NCBI GenBank assembly: GCA_951406725.2
Contig: OX597828.1
Coordinates: 64,790,001 to 64,854,000 of the forward strand
Reading direction: 5' to 3'
DNA length: 64,000 nt
DNA from: Octopus vulgaris
Lineage: Eukaryota
A program made the translations under genes and the position numbers. The notes under the pieces are model-generated. The model was not told where the DNA came from. It made no database searches and saw only the letters and a list, made by a program, of their open reading frames with translations. Below, one piece after another: positions 27,047-41,857 of the stretch (its first letter is position 1; every line of letters begins with the position of its first letter).

Positions 27047-27199
27047 TCACACACATATAAATATACATACATGTATATATATATACACACACACATACGT
27101 ACATACATGCATACGTATGTAATATATATATATATATATATATATAATCAAATAATAACTGACAGTGGCTCGATGAAAGCAATAAGGTAATTCAAAACA

Positions 27200-28700
27200 C
27201 TTGGGAGACAAGTGATGTGGACGTTTTGTTCTTTTAAGAAAACATTTTTTGATTTGTATGTTACTTGCAGAACGGAATACCCATGGTCCTCAGCGGCTCC
27301 CCTACAAATAAAATTGCTATTGTCCATGTTTTTCTCGACTCTATGCAAATCAAGCGCACAGGGATTGGATGAGCGAAGGGGGAGTTCCAGATAACCAACA
27401 CTCAACGGCTGGTCGAATTGTAATTCTTATAGTGCAGAGTAATATGTTAGAAATATCAATGGTTGGGAGGAGACGTAAGTTGTTTAGGCTTGGAAGGCCT
27501 GGATGTTAGTCACATGAACTCAGTCTACTCAGCAGAACAAAGAGCATCATATTATTGTGTAAAATTTAGAGAGACGAAGGACTACAAGTTTTAGCCAAAA
27601 GCTTCAGCGTGTATGTTTTGGCGTTATACCAATAGGCCGGCTCACCCTTTTCGTGATACGATCTAGGATGTCAGTATGTGCAGACATATCGAATCTTGCT
27701 CAAATATCGGATACTATTGATGAATTTATGCAGCTTTAAATTGATGTTTGTCTATTTGCATAAGCTTTCGATTCCTTTGTGTAGTGCTAACGGTTAAGTA
27801 CACTTCACGGAGAAGTGCATACTAAACCGGTGATCGGAGCATTTCCAAATTCTCTTCAGTAGTAGCTGCATATTCCAGTGATTCGTTTAACCCATTAAAA
27901 ACAGAAAAATTAACATAATTGGATTTCAAACATAGTAGTGGTATGCAACGACATAAAGCAACTGAAACGTGCAATAGTAGCAGGTGTTAAACCAAATCCC
28001 ACTTGTAGTTTACGGGAACGGAGGCCCTGGCTTGCATACCAAACTCTATGAATTGTTTTTATGCTGCTGGAAATAAGATGCACTAATGGCGTGGACAGAA
28101 AGAAGAGGAAATGTCCGATTACACCAACTAATAAAAAAAAACAATCTCTCGATGGATATTACCTGCTCTTCGTTGCTGGAAAATCTGCAACTATACTCCT
28201 GAACAGAAGAACACTTCATGTAGAATATTTTCCAAAGATCCAGTGGGTATTCAGAAACAGCAGGGACCCTACCACCCGATTATGCATTTGTTCTCTGACA
28301 GACTTAAGAGAAAAATAGGAAAGGGACTATGGATTTCTATGTAACATTTATAGAGATTACCAGATCATGTGATCAGGGAGTGGATGAAGAAATCCTGAAA
28401 GGGCTTGAATGCAACCTCATTATGGACAGCTTGTCCACGGTAGACACAACGACTTCTCAAAGTTCCTCCAAAGAGCAAACAAATTCAAGCAGGAGTGCAT
28501 ACACGCGCGTATTCTCTTGAAGTTTTTGGCATGATGTTCGCAGTATCACAATAAAACGTGGAGGAAGAAGAGGGTCTCTGCATACGATACTATATTGTTG
28601 ACTGCCTTCTGAAACTGAAGTAATTACAGGTCCACACCAATCAGATGTAGCAATTTATTTAGAAATCAATTTTGCTGATGATGATGCCCTCTTTTTTGCC
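27200..28700 (+). mobile_element. Degenerate RTE-type LINE RT relic
   Basis: LLFVAGKSATILLNRR...QWVFRNSR resembles LLSIAGKILARILLNRL...QCGFR. EINFADDDALF occurs near 28662-28694. Boundaries approximate. Confidence 0.7.
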
Positions 28701-29645
28701 CTAGAGTATTACCGACACAGCATATAACATCATATTATACTGAGACACGATCGAGAAAGAAGTTGACAACAGGGTGGGAAAATGTTGCCGTGAGCAGACA
28801 ACAAAAAAGAGGGTATCAACCGAAAGACATATTTCACCGTATACACATCCTTGAACTCATCCACTCCTTCTATAGCTGTAGTTAGCGGGTTATCTCCCAT
28901 CATTATTTACAAATTTTTAATTGCTTCCAGCAGCACTGCCTTGCATCATCCGCCATATCCACTACTATGATTTTGTTCCTGAAGGAGATGAAGTCACCAG
29001 TAACGTGGCCACGGCAGGGTACGTCTTCCAGCTGGATAATAGTTGATCATCAATGTCTGTTTGTGCTCTACTGCCAGCTGTCCACTGTCAACTGATAGAG
29101 GGCAAGGGCTAGAATAAACAACATATGCAACACTTACGGAGAATTCTTTATTGCGAGTCCTTCTAGTGTTTCGGAAAAGTATTGTTGTTTTGATGGGGAT
29201 TTTCTTCTCTGAATTTCGAACAAACATTTACATCTCCATTAGAGTTATAATGTAAACTATTGGAAGGCTACAATTATTTTTAACAACTGATCACTTAAGT
29301 TTTGAAACTAAACTAATAAGTTGTTTTGTAATTTTACACTGATTTTTTAAAATCAAAAACGTCATTTTTTTTAAATCTTCAAACTCTAGAGTAATGTAAT
29401 GAGTGTGCCAAGAGATATTCATAGACAATTTGTAAAAAAAAACTCTATCCAAACTCGATCAAAGCCAATTTGATGCAAATGTGAAACGGATTTCTGGTAC
29501 ATTTGTATGACAGCAAAGGCATGGCAACAAGTCCGGAAAAATAATTGCTTAACAACACAGGCTTTCTGAAAAAAGAATAAGAAGCATAGAAATAGCTGCT
29601 CAGAAGGAATTATGACTTATTTTAAATGAAACCTTTCATTCCTGA

Positions 29646-29686
<41 letters not shown>

Positions 29687-31305
29687 AGATAATAATATGA
29701 GAATTGGTTGGCAACTGATGATAAATTTAAAATGCAACATACAATGACATTGTCAGAAATTTATTGGAACGCAGGCTTTAAATTAGCAGAAGGGAATAAA
29801 TCAAATCCGGAAGAAATATTAAACCTTCTCCAACCAATGATCAGATGGGAACGGTTTTAAAAGAAATTCGTCATGGCATGCAACATCGGTCTGTAGAATT
29901 TCTGGAACAACAGAAACTAATTTATCAATGACTAAATATATAGGAACCGTACAGGATACAATCAACACTGAATAAAGTCTTTGAATATTTTTTTTCTATT
30001 GTGATAAATTCTGGAAAATCAAATAAATAATATTTTCAAACAAATCCTATTCCTGTTAAGTTTTTTAATGTAATATTTTTTAGAACAATGAAAACAAACT
30101 ACTTGTAAGCGTAAAAATTCAACAGCATTGATAACCGTTGCACCGTCTCCTTGAAATCAAAATAATCACAGTATACTCAATGGGTTTATCTAGGGATACA
30201 TTGTTTTATAAATATATTGCATTTTATATTTCTCAGTTGCGCGTCAGCTGATGTGACGCATATGTGTTCAATTGTAGATTATTTTATTCCGCTTTTACGA
30301 TTAAAAAAAATATTCCTTTTTTTTTAATTTCCAAAATTATGTTCTAGTTTTCGTGTTGAACGTTACAATTTTAGAATCAATAAATGTGACTTTTACAAAA
30401 TTCTTCAGGCAGAGTTATTAGAATAATGTGATTTATAGCAACTATGATTTTTTTACAATGCGTGTGCTTCGAATATAAAATAATTTTTCTTTCTGTACAA
30501 ATATATTTCTTTTATATTTGAAGTATATATATATATATATATATATTGCTTAACTTTTACTTGCATTTTCAGCCGTAATAAATTGAACAAATAGCATTTT
30601 AAGTTTTCAGTAAGTGGACCAGTAAAATACTAATGGTTTCGTTATTGAATACCTATAATTTTCATTATTTAGAATACTGATACGGCTCTTATAATACATT
30701 TGTGTCTTTTATCAATGCAATTTATTTATAGATACTTTTATAAATTATTGTTTTCTGATTTGTTTTTCTTAGTTCAATCTTTGTTTGAAAAATGTATTAT
30801 TATATTCATTCTTGAAAAATATATATTTTTTGTCTGCATCGTTAATGTAGGATACATTAAAGTCAATAGATTTCTTTTATTAACAGTCATAATAAAAATG
30901 CTGAGAATTGAATTAATTGGAATTAATTTTTCGAGGATTTTGTCATTTGCCAGAACTATGTACGATAAAAGCGAAATAAATTAATTACATTGATTTTAAT
31001 TATAAAATTTAATTCAATACAGTACTAAATATCTAAATAGAAAAACTTAAATAAAACACTGTGAAAATGAAATTATGCTGTGTTTATAAATTGGTGGCAT
31101 TCATATATGTCCACGGCTTAACTGGAAGATGTAGAACTCTCAGGAATTACTGAGTGCAACCTTAGTTCCAACCGCAACTGTTTACCGATTTTCATTCTCC
31201 AAACCACCGCTACAACCTCCGTTTGATCATCACAATCATAAGAAGCAACAGCAACAGCATTGTTTCATACTCAAATTATACACACACACATATATATGTT
31301 TCCAC

Positions 31306-31655
<350 letters not shown>

Positions 31656-32187
31656 AAAAAAAATATATATATATATAGTTCGTTTAACTAAACTCTTCAA
31701 GTAGAATTAAAACCAACATTATAAAAACAGAACGTTTCTTCGTCTTGAAGAATCGAAGAGGAGATGCTTTTTGCTTTGATTAGAAGAGGAGAAAATTTTG
31801 TTTGTTTGTTTTTGCGAAAGGCAGAAAGAGAGGAAGATAGGGAGCAAGAAAAAGAAAAAAAGTAACAAGGTGGGGAAAGATATTATATTGTATTGATGAG
31901 GTCAATCCACTGAAATTTAATTACAATTCAAAATGTTATTTTTGATTCAGTTCTTGCTTTTGGAAGCGTATTTTTCTCTCTCTCCCTTTTCCCCTCTCAT
32001 TATATACCTACCGACATATTTGTAAATATGCATATTTTCTCCTTATATACATACTGACATGTTTCTGAAAAAGGAAGGGAGTAGAGGAGGGAGCAGAGTA
32101 GAAGGTAGCAGCTAAATGGTATATTTCTGTGTATGTGTGTGTGTGTGTGTGTGTCCATATATATATGTATGTATGTATATGTATATA

Positions 32188-32610
32188 GACAAGCTCCTTC
32201 AGATCTCTGTATTGTAGCTTAGGCTGACCGGTGACCCTTCTTCCAGATGCCAGTTCATCATAGAGAATGCCCTGTCAGATGAAGACATCCTTCATGCGTT
32301 GGATGTATCTTAACCAACGCCCTTGTCATCAACGCAGAGACCTGGCAGATCTTCGCAGCTAACCGGCCAACATGATGGACCTTCCTCAATGAAGACCTTA
32401 TGTCAGGAAAAAAAGAGGTTAATGAGCACAGTAGCAGACAAGCGAGCCCGGCAAATATTGTGCAGTAACTCCAACAAATCTATGTGACAGAGACTGTCGC
32501 TCATGTATATGTCTGTTTAGCCACCGGAGACGCTGCTCCAGCTGAGCTGAAAGCAGCAAGGACACTACCCCTGGTCAGCTCTGACTAAAGGAGGTTAAGG
32601 AGAGGCAAGG
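32188..32610 (+). mobile_element. RTE-type LINE 3' fragment with 5' inversion (older, different family)
   Basis: Minus strand 32188-32321 encodes RWLRYIQRMKD..ILYDELASGRRVTGQPKLQYRDLKEL. Plus strand from 32322 encodes INAETWQIFAANR...DKRAR...CDRDCRSCICLFSHRRRC. Confidence 0.8.
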
Positions 32611-32685
32611 ATATATATACATGCACACACATACGTATGTACCTACAAACACACATATACACAGACACACACACACACATACACA

Positions 32686-32767
<82 letters not shown>

Positions 32768-32854
32768 GGAGGAGAAAAATAGCACAGAAGTAAATCTAAG
32801 ATATTTTAATTTAAGAAGGAATTTAATAAAAGTGATTTTAAAAATTATATAAAG

Positions 32855-32888
32855 AAAATATTACCGGTTTCGATGATGAATCTCATCA
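32855..32888 (-). ncRNA. Hammerhead-like motif cut at its 5' core by a SINE
   Basis: Minus strand reads TGATGA-GAT(TCATC)ATC-GAAAC-CG-GTA. The SINE starts where C3 is expected, and about 100 nt of tail runs into (TA)n. Confidence 0.6.
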
Positions 32889-33297
32889 TAGGCGCAGGAG
32901 TGGCTGTGTGGTAAGTAGCTTGCTAACCAACCACATGGTTCCGGGTTCAGTCCCACTGCGTGGCATCTTGGGCAAGTGTCTTCTGCTATAGCCTCGGGCC
33001 GACCAATGCCTTGTGAGTGGATTTGGTAGACGGAAACTGAAAGAAGCCTGTCGTATATATGTATATATATATGTATGTGTGTGTATGTGTTTGTGTGTCT
33101 GTGTTTGTCCCCCTAGCATTGCTTGACAACCGATGCTGGTGTGTTTAGGTCTCCGTCACTTAGCGGTTCGGCAAAAGAGACCGATAGAATAAGTACTGGG
33201 CTTACAAAGAATAAGTCCCGGGGTCGATTTGCTCGACTAAAGGCGGTGCTCCAGCATGGCCGCAGTCAAATGACTGAAACAAGTAAAAGAGTAAAGA
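32888..33297 (+). mobile_element. tRNA-derived SINE family A, full length
   Basis: A box TGGCTGTGTGGT, B box GGTTCAGTCCC and a CTTGGGCAAGT core-like motif; multiple copies in the window. Confidence 0.9.
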
Positions 33298-34546
33298 GAG
33301 TTACTAAGTATCAGTAAAAATTTATAAAAATTCGAATTAAAATGTGTTTATCTTTCGTCTGGGGGTAAAAACATGTCTTCAGATTTTTCGTTGAAGTCAG
33401 AAATCCTAATCATTTGTTCATTTATACCCCACAAGGAAAGACCAAAAATGTTATATATCAATAATATCTACAAACTTAATAAGATTCACCGAATCATGAG
33501 GTATTTATTATCTAACTGTAATATTAGTTAGTGCTGTAAATGTATTGGTAATCTACATGTTATTTTATTTTTAAATCTATATGCATATTTATTTGTATGT
33601 CTTCTCTAAAACTAAATGTCAGTCTGTTTCTACATTCATTGTGAATCTATTTCAATACTAGCGGCCCTGAGGGTAATATTCTTTGGGAATGCACAAAAGT
33701 TCTTTTCGGCCCTACTTTATTTGAATTCTTACTATCAGGTAACAAATTTAAGTTATTACGCAACTGACTTTTCAATTTAGGTATCCATAACGTATTGGGA
33801 ATTTCTAAAAACAAGATCCTATGTAAGACAGTTGGGTATTCTCTGTAAATGCACAAAAATCGTTTTAAGGGCTACATACTTAGTATTGTTGTTATTAGAT
33901 TAGCGAAACAATTATGAGAACGGAACCAAATGATAAGATCCGCTTTTCCGGGAATTACCCTTTAAGTCAGATATATATATATATATATATACCAAAAATT
34001 AATTTATGAAGGTGTCAAGCGATAGGTTGGGAGAAGCTATGGTTTATTTTACCAATGCAGAAACCGGTCCGCGTTAGTCCAAATACTTAAATAAATGTAT
34101 GTTAGTAGATTGACTTAACCTGATTTTGCCTTCGTTTGATTTCTGTAGTTTTCATCACTGTATTTTTGGGCGATTTAATAAGAGTTTTGACTGTAATTTC
34201 AAGCAGGTAGACATACTTAGTATGTCCTTTGATTAATTTTAATTATATATATATATATGGTGACAAAATCTGGCTCAATTGCTAGAGTTGGATCGAATGC
34301 TAGTACGAGATTGAAAATACATCAACGAAAAAGGATGAATTTCTGTCAACAGTTCTATTCATTCTACTTTTCGTTTTGTAACAGTATTAGAAAGATCCAC
34401 TACTGCGCGCGTGTGCATACATATGCGTGCGTTTGAGAGAGAAGGAGAGAGAGAGAGAATGTGTGTGTGTGTGTGTGTCTCTGTGTCTCTGTCTGTGCGT
34501 ACACTCATCCACAAATATAAATAATTCGTATACATGCACACGCACA

Positions 34547-34580
<34 letters not shown>

Positions 34581-36377
34581 TATACACACATATGTGTATA
34601 TATAAGTGTGTGTGTGGGTGTGTATACTTTTACGCATTCTACATTTGTTTATGCATAGAGAATACTTCCTGAGAAATATAGATATTTCTTCAAGTACAAA
34701 CACAAATACCAATTTTATGAGCAACCATAAACTAGACAGATGACTCTGAATTTCATATTCTAACTTCAGCGTCTACTTTAAAATATTGTAAGTGAATGGT
34801 CATTTAATGTCTTCCGGTTAGATATCCTCGCTAGATTTTTATGTAGAAAGAAGCCATCATAAAGTCCAACATCATTTCTGTCTACTTCTTACCATGTTTT
34901 ACTATTCCTTCTTTCTTACTTTCTTCTTCTTTGCATTTTTGTCTAAGTTTTATTATTTTACTTTCTCCTGTTCCCTCTTCTCGGATGTTATCTTTCAAGT
35001 GTTCATTCTGTCCAACCAGCTCATTTTAACTGGAAACAAGGTTTGTGATATTTAATACAGAAATGTCAGCCATAGTTAATCGTCTTGTCTTTAGGTGACG
35101 ACATGTGGCTGCACTTTTTGTTCTGTGTGATCGTTAACCTTTTGCTTTAGACATAGAGAGCTAAAATATGCAAGTGAAGGGTAGAATATAAAATGTAAAA
35201 GAAAGACAATCTAAATTAATCTTATTCCTGAAAACCACTGTAATAAAACCATTCTAAAATTATCAAATGTTCAAAATATTGCTCAAAATGATCACTTGCC
35301 AAGAATCGACGTCTGTTTCAGTAATCCATTGTTGTTCGTATAGTATCTCTGATGCCCATGCACTAACGCTACCAGGTTCTTTGCTCGTCTCGAAGGCAAG
35401 ACACATATTCGATATGAATATGTTGTGCTGCATATTGGCTAGTTTCTTCAGATTCCTCTTTCAAGGACATACTAAATCTTCATCATTTGAAAAGTAGAAC
35501 TATATTGCCGTCTCCTTTGCCCTACCTTGACAACATCGGCCAGTTCGACACTTATTTTCATATACCCGCCCCAATTCTTTTCTTTTCTCTGTGATTATTC
35601 ACTTCTAGTTCTTCTCAAATGAGAATCAAAATGATCGTTCATTGATTCGCTAAGCTGGCCAGTCGCAAGATCACTGACCTATACTAATTAAGGTATGTGC
35701 TCATCCTGCCGTCGTATACCTTCAGCATTGTTGCAGACTTCTAGGATAACAGAATAATATGCTGTCAACGCATGTCAATACGTTTTACCCGCATGTACAT
35801 TCATGTGGAATGACCCTCGACATTTGTAGATCTACCAGCAATGGTTCAAGATAAAAAAACAATACATGTATGATAAGCGATGACACGCTTACCATAATGG
35901 AGCTATCCACTCAGTAATATTCAAACCAAAATCAGCTGCATTAATAACTCCAGAAGCTACTATGGTCGATCTACCACCGCGATAATTTTCGAAAATAATG
36001 GCAATGTAAGCAAATAAGTGAACATTCGATTCAGAAAAAGAAAGCAATTAATTTCTATACTACAAATATTTTACAGCCACACTGTACCTCAAAACTGATA
36101 CGAGACCAATGTCCTAGTCAAATAGTTGGTTTGAAAATAATTCTGATTTTAACACTAAATCTCAATAAATGATGCACTCCCCTAAAATGAATCACATAAC
36201 TTAAATCGAAGAATAGTTAACGAAACCATTGATAATAGAATAAAAATTGACAAGGAATATAAAAGCATTCAGAACAGAAGCCATGTACATGAACTGAACA
36301 AGCGTGTACTTCTAAAATAACAACCATCAGATTACAAAGAACAGAACTTCTGTGTAATACTAACAAAAAAAAAGAGA

Positions 36378-36650
36378 TAGAAACTGAAAGAAGCCCGTTG
36401 TGTATATATATTTATGTGCGTGTGTGTGTGTGTGTGTATTTGTCTCTGTTCGACTCCCGACCATCGCTTGACAACCGATGGGGGTGTGTTTACGTCCCCG
36501 TCAGCTAGCGGTTCGGCAATAGCGACCGATAGAATAAGTACTACGCTCACAAAGAATAAGTCCTGGGGTCGATTTGTTCGATTAAAGGCGGTGCTCCAGT
36601 ATGGTCGTAGTCAAATGACTGAAACAAGTAAAAGAAAAGAATAAAAGAAT
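36378..36650 (+). mobile_element. SINE family A, 5'-truncated
   Basis: Matches the 3' two-thirds of 32888-33297. Confidence 0.85.
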
Positions 36651-37869
36651 AACGAAAATGAGAAATAAATACACAGGGAATTTAAAAAATGCAATAATAA
36701 ACAGAAAAATTATTCAGCACGTGAAAAAGATTAAAAGGAGAAAATAATAGCCTTACTGAGAAGAATATAAACAGAGTGGGTTGAACATCATAAAATTGAA
36801 GTATTAAGAAAAAAAAATAACCTGGAAGATTAAATGAATTGATTTTATCGGATTCTGTGACTATAAGAAACATATGGCCAATTTTTCAGCCATTGTCATG
36901 TATTAAAAACAAAATAGTCGATCACCAATCCAATTGAGACAAGGAATCGAACATGTGTGCACACAATTCGACTAGACAACGGATCTGCTTTGGCAGAGGC
37001 AAACATTTCCCACCATAAACGACAGGATGGATAATACAGCAACACAACCCAGATATTTCGTAAATGAAAATTAAAATATGTATCAATAAACTCTATAATT
37101 TCTAGTTATAATACTTAAACAATATACACGAAGCTGAGGGGATAGCATTCAGTTATTGAAGTTACTACGGTTCAATTAAAATATCAGTGGATCTTTCTTA
37201 AATATTTTCAAATTGAATCTAAGCTTGCAGTTTAGGTTCATTTTTAAGGAATTTAAGAAAATTTAAGTAGACTTAGGAAGGTTTTCTTTCTTGATCAGTT
37301 ATCTTTTGGAATATTTACGAGAATGTTTCACTCTCGTAATAAAATATAGGTGAATTACTGGAATAAGAAAAGCTTTCGACTGTTTTTAGATTTCGATAAT
37401 AATTTTCTTCAGAAGAGAAAAATTTGGAGTTAAGTATAGATTATTCTGTAACTATATATATAAATGATTGTCTAGATATTTGATTTCGCATGCCACTTAG
37501 GCGCCATAGTTCTAAATCTGAATTAAAATATCTAAGATTTCGGATTTGAAATGATTTTTCCATAATCTATGATAATTTTGTTCGAGTGACTGAACACGTG
37601 AATTATGGAAAAAAATTAAAAAGGAAGACATTTGTCTATCAAATTATAGGACATATATTTTCTTTTGTTAAAGATTTTCCGAATTCTGAAGAAGATAATC
37701 TTAGTAGAAAGGATAAAATAAAAGAATAAGTAGAAAAAACATAGCAATGGAGGATAAATATTTCGATCTATTTAGACATAATCGTTAATATCACTACTTA
37801 ACATACTTTCTGGCAAAGTTTTATAAGGTACTTCAATGGAGAAATCGGTTTTGTTTTCGTTATTAGTAA

Positions 37870-39980
37870 ATACTCAATTGAAAGTTGGTCAATACACACA
37901 TGAAGCACACATTACGTAGTTTAGAGAGAAGCATTCCTCTATTATCTAATAAAGAATTGATAAGAATTAAAGCCGTATTCAGTTGCATGCAAGGTAACGG
38001 CTCACGCCTTGTAACATCTGGAATTCTTTGACAAAGTTGGAGATCAATATTGTAAAAAGTGCCTTGTTGCACAATATTTTATTATAAAGAAGCTGATATG
38101 TGTGTTGCTGGTAGTAATAAAAATATGATACTAAAAAAATATTCTTCTTGACAGTCTAGAAAGAGAATTATTTCAAATATAATGAAGAAACTTCGCCAAC
38201 AATGTTTAGCTTCTTGAAGAGATTATAGTCCAAAAGGGCCAGTACAAACTTGAAAGAAATCTTCTTGATCTCTTCCAGGGAATGAAACATGAGAGCTGAG
38301 TCATAAGCAAAGAGAAAGTAACAAATACACATATCATCAAACTTCTAAGGTGACCTGACTTTAGATAGCTTCAGTAATCTACCAACAACCTGTGAACTCG
38401 ATCGCTATCCTTTCAAGCCTATAAAACATCGGAATTAACATTTGAGCGAGTACACAATCTACTTTATTCTAAGGAAAACCAGATTTGAAACTTGATAGCC
38501 AGATTTGAGTTGTTGTTTTCAAGAGAGATTGTGACACATATACCATCGTGGATCTCCAGTATATCCAGAAACTTGTCAAAATATCTATATTTTTAGCAGG
38601 GTCCTAAATCCATCTTTCCGCACACTGCCGAATGACTATGTAAGAGAAGAAACGCGGGTCACATATTTTCTTGAATTTAGAGCAAGGTGAATATAATACC
38701 ATTAACATTCCAAGACATACACAATACACATAAGAAAAAATCACTTGAATAATAACTTGCGATCGCTAGAGGAGTGTTTTTGCCAAACTTTTCCAGGCAA
38801 CTGAAGGACAATTCATCGATAAGCGCCATTGTTCCGTCGGTCACTTTTCTGTTTGTAAAAGGTAAATATCTGTGTCTCCCTGATCTGTTGAGGAGGTAAC
38901 CACATTGCTAACATTCTTCGAAGAATTTAAAATATTTACAATGCAGTTATTGCCCGTAGATTTATCGAGAAATACAACAAACCGAGAGCTTTCACTGGTT
39001 TTGCTTCCCAGATAACAATTACTAAATTAGGTGGTGGATCCAAACGGATATATTTGGAAATTGCTTTATACATTCAAGAATCTTCCGAGAAGTTGTTGAA
39101 GAATAGCTTGCTGGCTCAGTAAATTGTTCACTCTAATGCTTCATTATATTGCTCCTACCTTGTCAGTTATAAATCATCCATGCTCCTCATTGGTGCGCTG
39201 TCACCTAGCTAGTGTCCATACACTTCTCTCAGGTTGATATAAAATGCCTCCACATTATGCGAATAAGCAAAGGCGTAAATTATATCTGCCTTCTTGAAAA
39301 ATCCTTTCTGCATTGAACAACCGCGATTCCTTTTCTAGAAATGTGTTCGTGCTTGGGGTCGGCTGGTATCATGCCATGCCTTGTTTGAGAACAGCTTGAT
39401 TGTACTTCTGACTTTTAGAAGACACCTGTTCTATATTTACATTATTTCCAACAAAACAATCAATATGCTTGCGTATGGCGAAGCGAATTGAAGCCGCAGC
39501 TGCTCTGTCCACCAGCCGGATAAAAACGAAATATTGTAACTTTTCTGTCATCATCACTGCAAGTACACGTTGCTAACATTTACCTGGGTTTCTTTTTGTT
39601 TTGTTTTGTTGTTTTTCTTTAGGTTTTATTTTGATCCCACAAGCTTGTGCATCAGATCCACAGACAAATTGCACGTTGCATTTATCAATACCTGGTCACT
39701 GCTGTAATCATAGAACGTGTGCAATTATATTTACAATGTTGTCACCTGCAGATATTCCGTAGTTCAACGGATATTAATGATGCTTCCACTATAGATTACA
39801 TCGGCTGTTAAACTACTATTCAGGAAGCCGGAAGGGGTTGTCAATGTGAGATCAGCTTCGATACATAACTCAGTAGAATATGAGAAATGGAACTGAGATT
39901 ACATCCTCCAGAATGACCTAAATGGGGTCATCTGTCAGTTAATCTTTTCTCACACTTGCATTAAAATCGCTGAGAGAAAG
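37870..39980 (-). mobile_element. Degenerate RTE-type LINE relic
   Basis: Decayed motifs HNVEAFYINLREVYG..APMRS.D (~39180-39260), YKQKSDRRNNGAYR..SVA.K (~38790-38860) and an F-DD-like motif (~38335). Boundaries approximate. Confidence 0.7.
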
Positions 39981-40096
39981 TAGCTCATCAGTAATCTTCA
40001 TAAAGATATCCACTTAATGAATCAAATAAATTCTCCTTTTTATTCTTCTCGTTTGTCATTGTAGAATCATAAGTACTAAAAGTATTAGCATTTCGA

Positions 40097-40474
40097 GAAG
40101 GCGGTGAGGTGGCAGAAACGTTAGCGCGCCGGGCGAAATGCATAGCGGTATTTCGTCTGACGCTACGTTCTGAGTTCAAATTCTGCCGAGGTCGGTTAAA
40201 TAAGTACCAGTTACGCACTGGGATCGATATAATCGACTTAATCCGTTTGTCTGTCCTTGTTTGTCCTCTCTCTGTTTAGCCCCTTGTGGTTTAGTAAAAA
40301 AATAGGTATTTCCGCTGTCGCTACGTCCTGAGTTCAAATTCCGCCGAGGTCGACTTTGCTTTTCATCATTTCGGGGTCGATTAAATAAGTACCAGTTACG
40401 CACTGGAGTCGATGTAATCGACTTAATCCGTGTGTCTGTCCTCTGTGCTTAGCCCCTCGTGGGCAGTAAAGGAA
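40097..40474 (+). mobile_element. SINE family B with duplicated body, 19-bp TSD
   Basis: TSD AAAAGTATTAGCWTTTCGA at 40078-40096 and 40475-40493. Confidence 0.9.
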
Positions 40475-41531
40475 AAAAGTATTAGCTTTTCGATTACCAA
40501 CTAGTGCTAACCTCACATCGATTAGCCACTCAGATACAGCAGCAGAAAGCATACCAGTCAGCTGGTTCGCGCTACCTAAACAACCACAACCTCAATTCGT
40601 ACAACATTTTTTTTCAGGAAGAGAGGGTCTTTTCTTCCCGATATTCATTAAATCCTATTTCTGACAGTGTTGATATATCTATATTGTAGCATATATTATT
40701 TTCCAATCAACGATGTCAGTTTTTTGTTTCGAGCCTCCCAGAGTTGGTTATATCCAGCATGGTCCAACTATTCCGGGTATCAAAATCAATTTGATTTGTT
40801 TCTTATTTTGTTTCGACCACAGAAATTGAGAACATGGCAGTTGAGAACTGAAAATGGATTTCAGTAAGTTTAGATGGATAGGTTGCTTTTGTTTTTCTAT
40901 AAGTAGATGTCGAATTGAGTCAAATATCGCAATCCCTAAATAGGGCTGCTCGGACCCTCGGGTAGGATCCTGGGCAGCCACCTCTCTTTTGTAAACTCAA
41001 GGCCATCACGCTCAAATCACCAGTGCGTAGATTTATGGTTAGAAGCTGCCAAGTTCATAAGCATGCCTTCATCACCTTTTATGTATTGACACGGACTTCT
41101 TTTTCTCATGCGTCATGCTATGAAGCAACTCACATGATTACATTTTGAATTTTTACGTAACCAATCTTTGATATCCCCGAAGATGGAACAATTGTTAGTG
41201 ACACAAATAAGGCACAAAATTTTGTATGTTTTAATTCCCGTAAGAATCGAAAATAGACTTTAAATAAGAAAAGTTTTTTGTTACAACAGACATTTGTCAT
41301 TTACATAGAATAGGTGATGGTAGATGATTGGCTAAAGTGAAATATAGACAACAGGTTCTATACAAAATGAAGTCTTATAATCCAAGTGTTACCAGATAAG
41401 TTAAAGAAAATAATGTGTATAATTATGTTTGGCGTGAATAACGGGAAGACACGTCTGCAAACATTAAGAAAAAGAAACTATTATATTATATCGTACACTG
41501 AATGTCATATTTTTAAAAGAAATCCCTCATA

Positions 41532-41741
41532 ACTATTTCTTTACTACTCACAAGGACAGACAAAGGGATTAAGTCGATTATATCGACCCCAGTGCGTAAC
41601 TGGTACTTAATTTATCGATCCCGAAAGGATGAAAGGCAAAGTCGACCTCGGCGGGATTTGAACTCAGAATGTAACGGCAGATGTAATACGGATTCGCATT
41701 TCGCCCGGCGTGCTAACGTTTCTGCCAGCTCGCCGCCTTAT
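41532..41741 (-). mobile_element. SINE family B with TSD
   Basis: TSD GAAATCCCWCATA at 41519-41531 and 41742-41754. Confidence 0.9.
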
Positions 41742-41807
41742 GAAATCCCACATACCAATCACACGGAAACACAGACACATGTATGCATATACCTTTTATT
41801 TATACAT

Positions 41808-41857
<50 letters not shown>

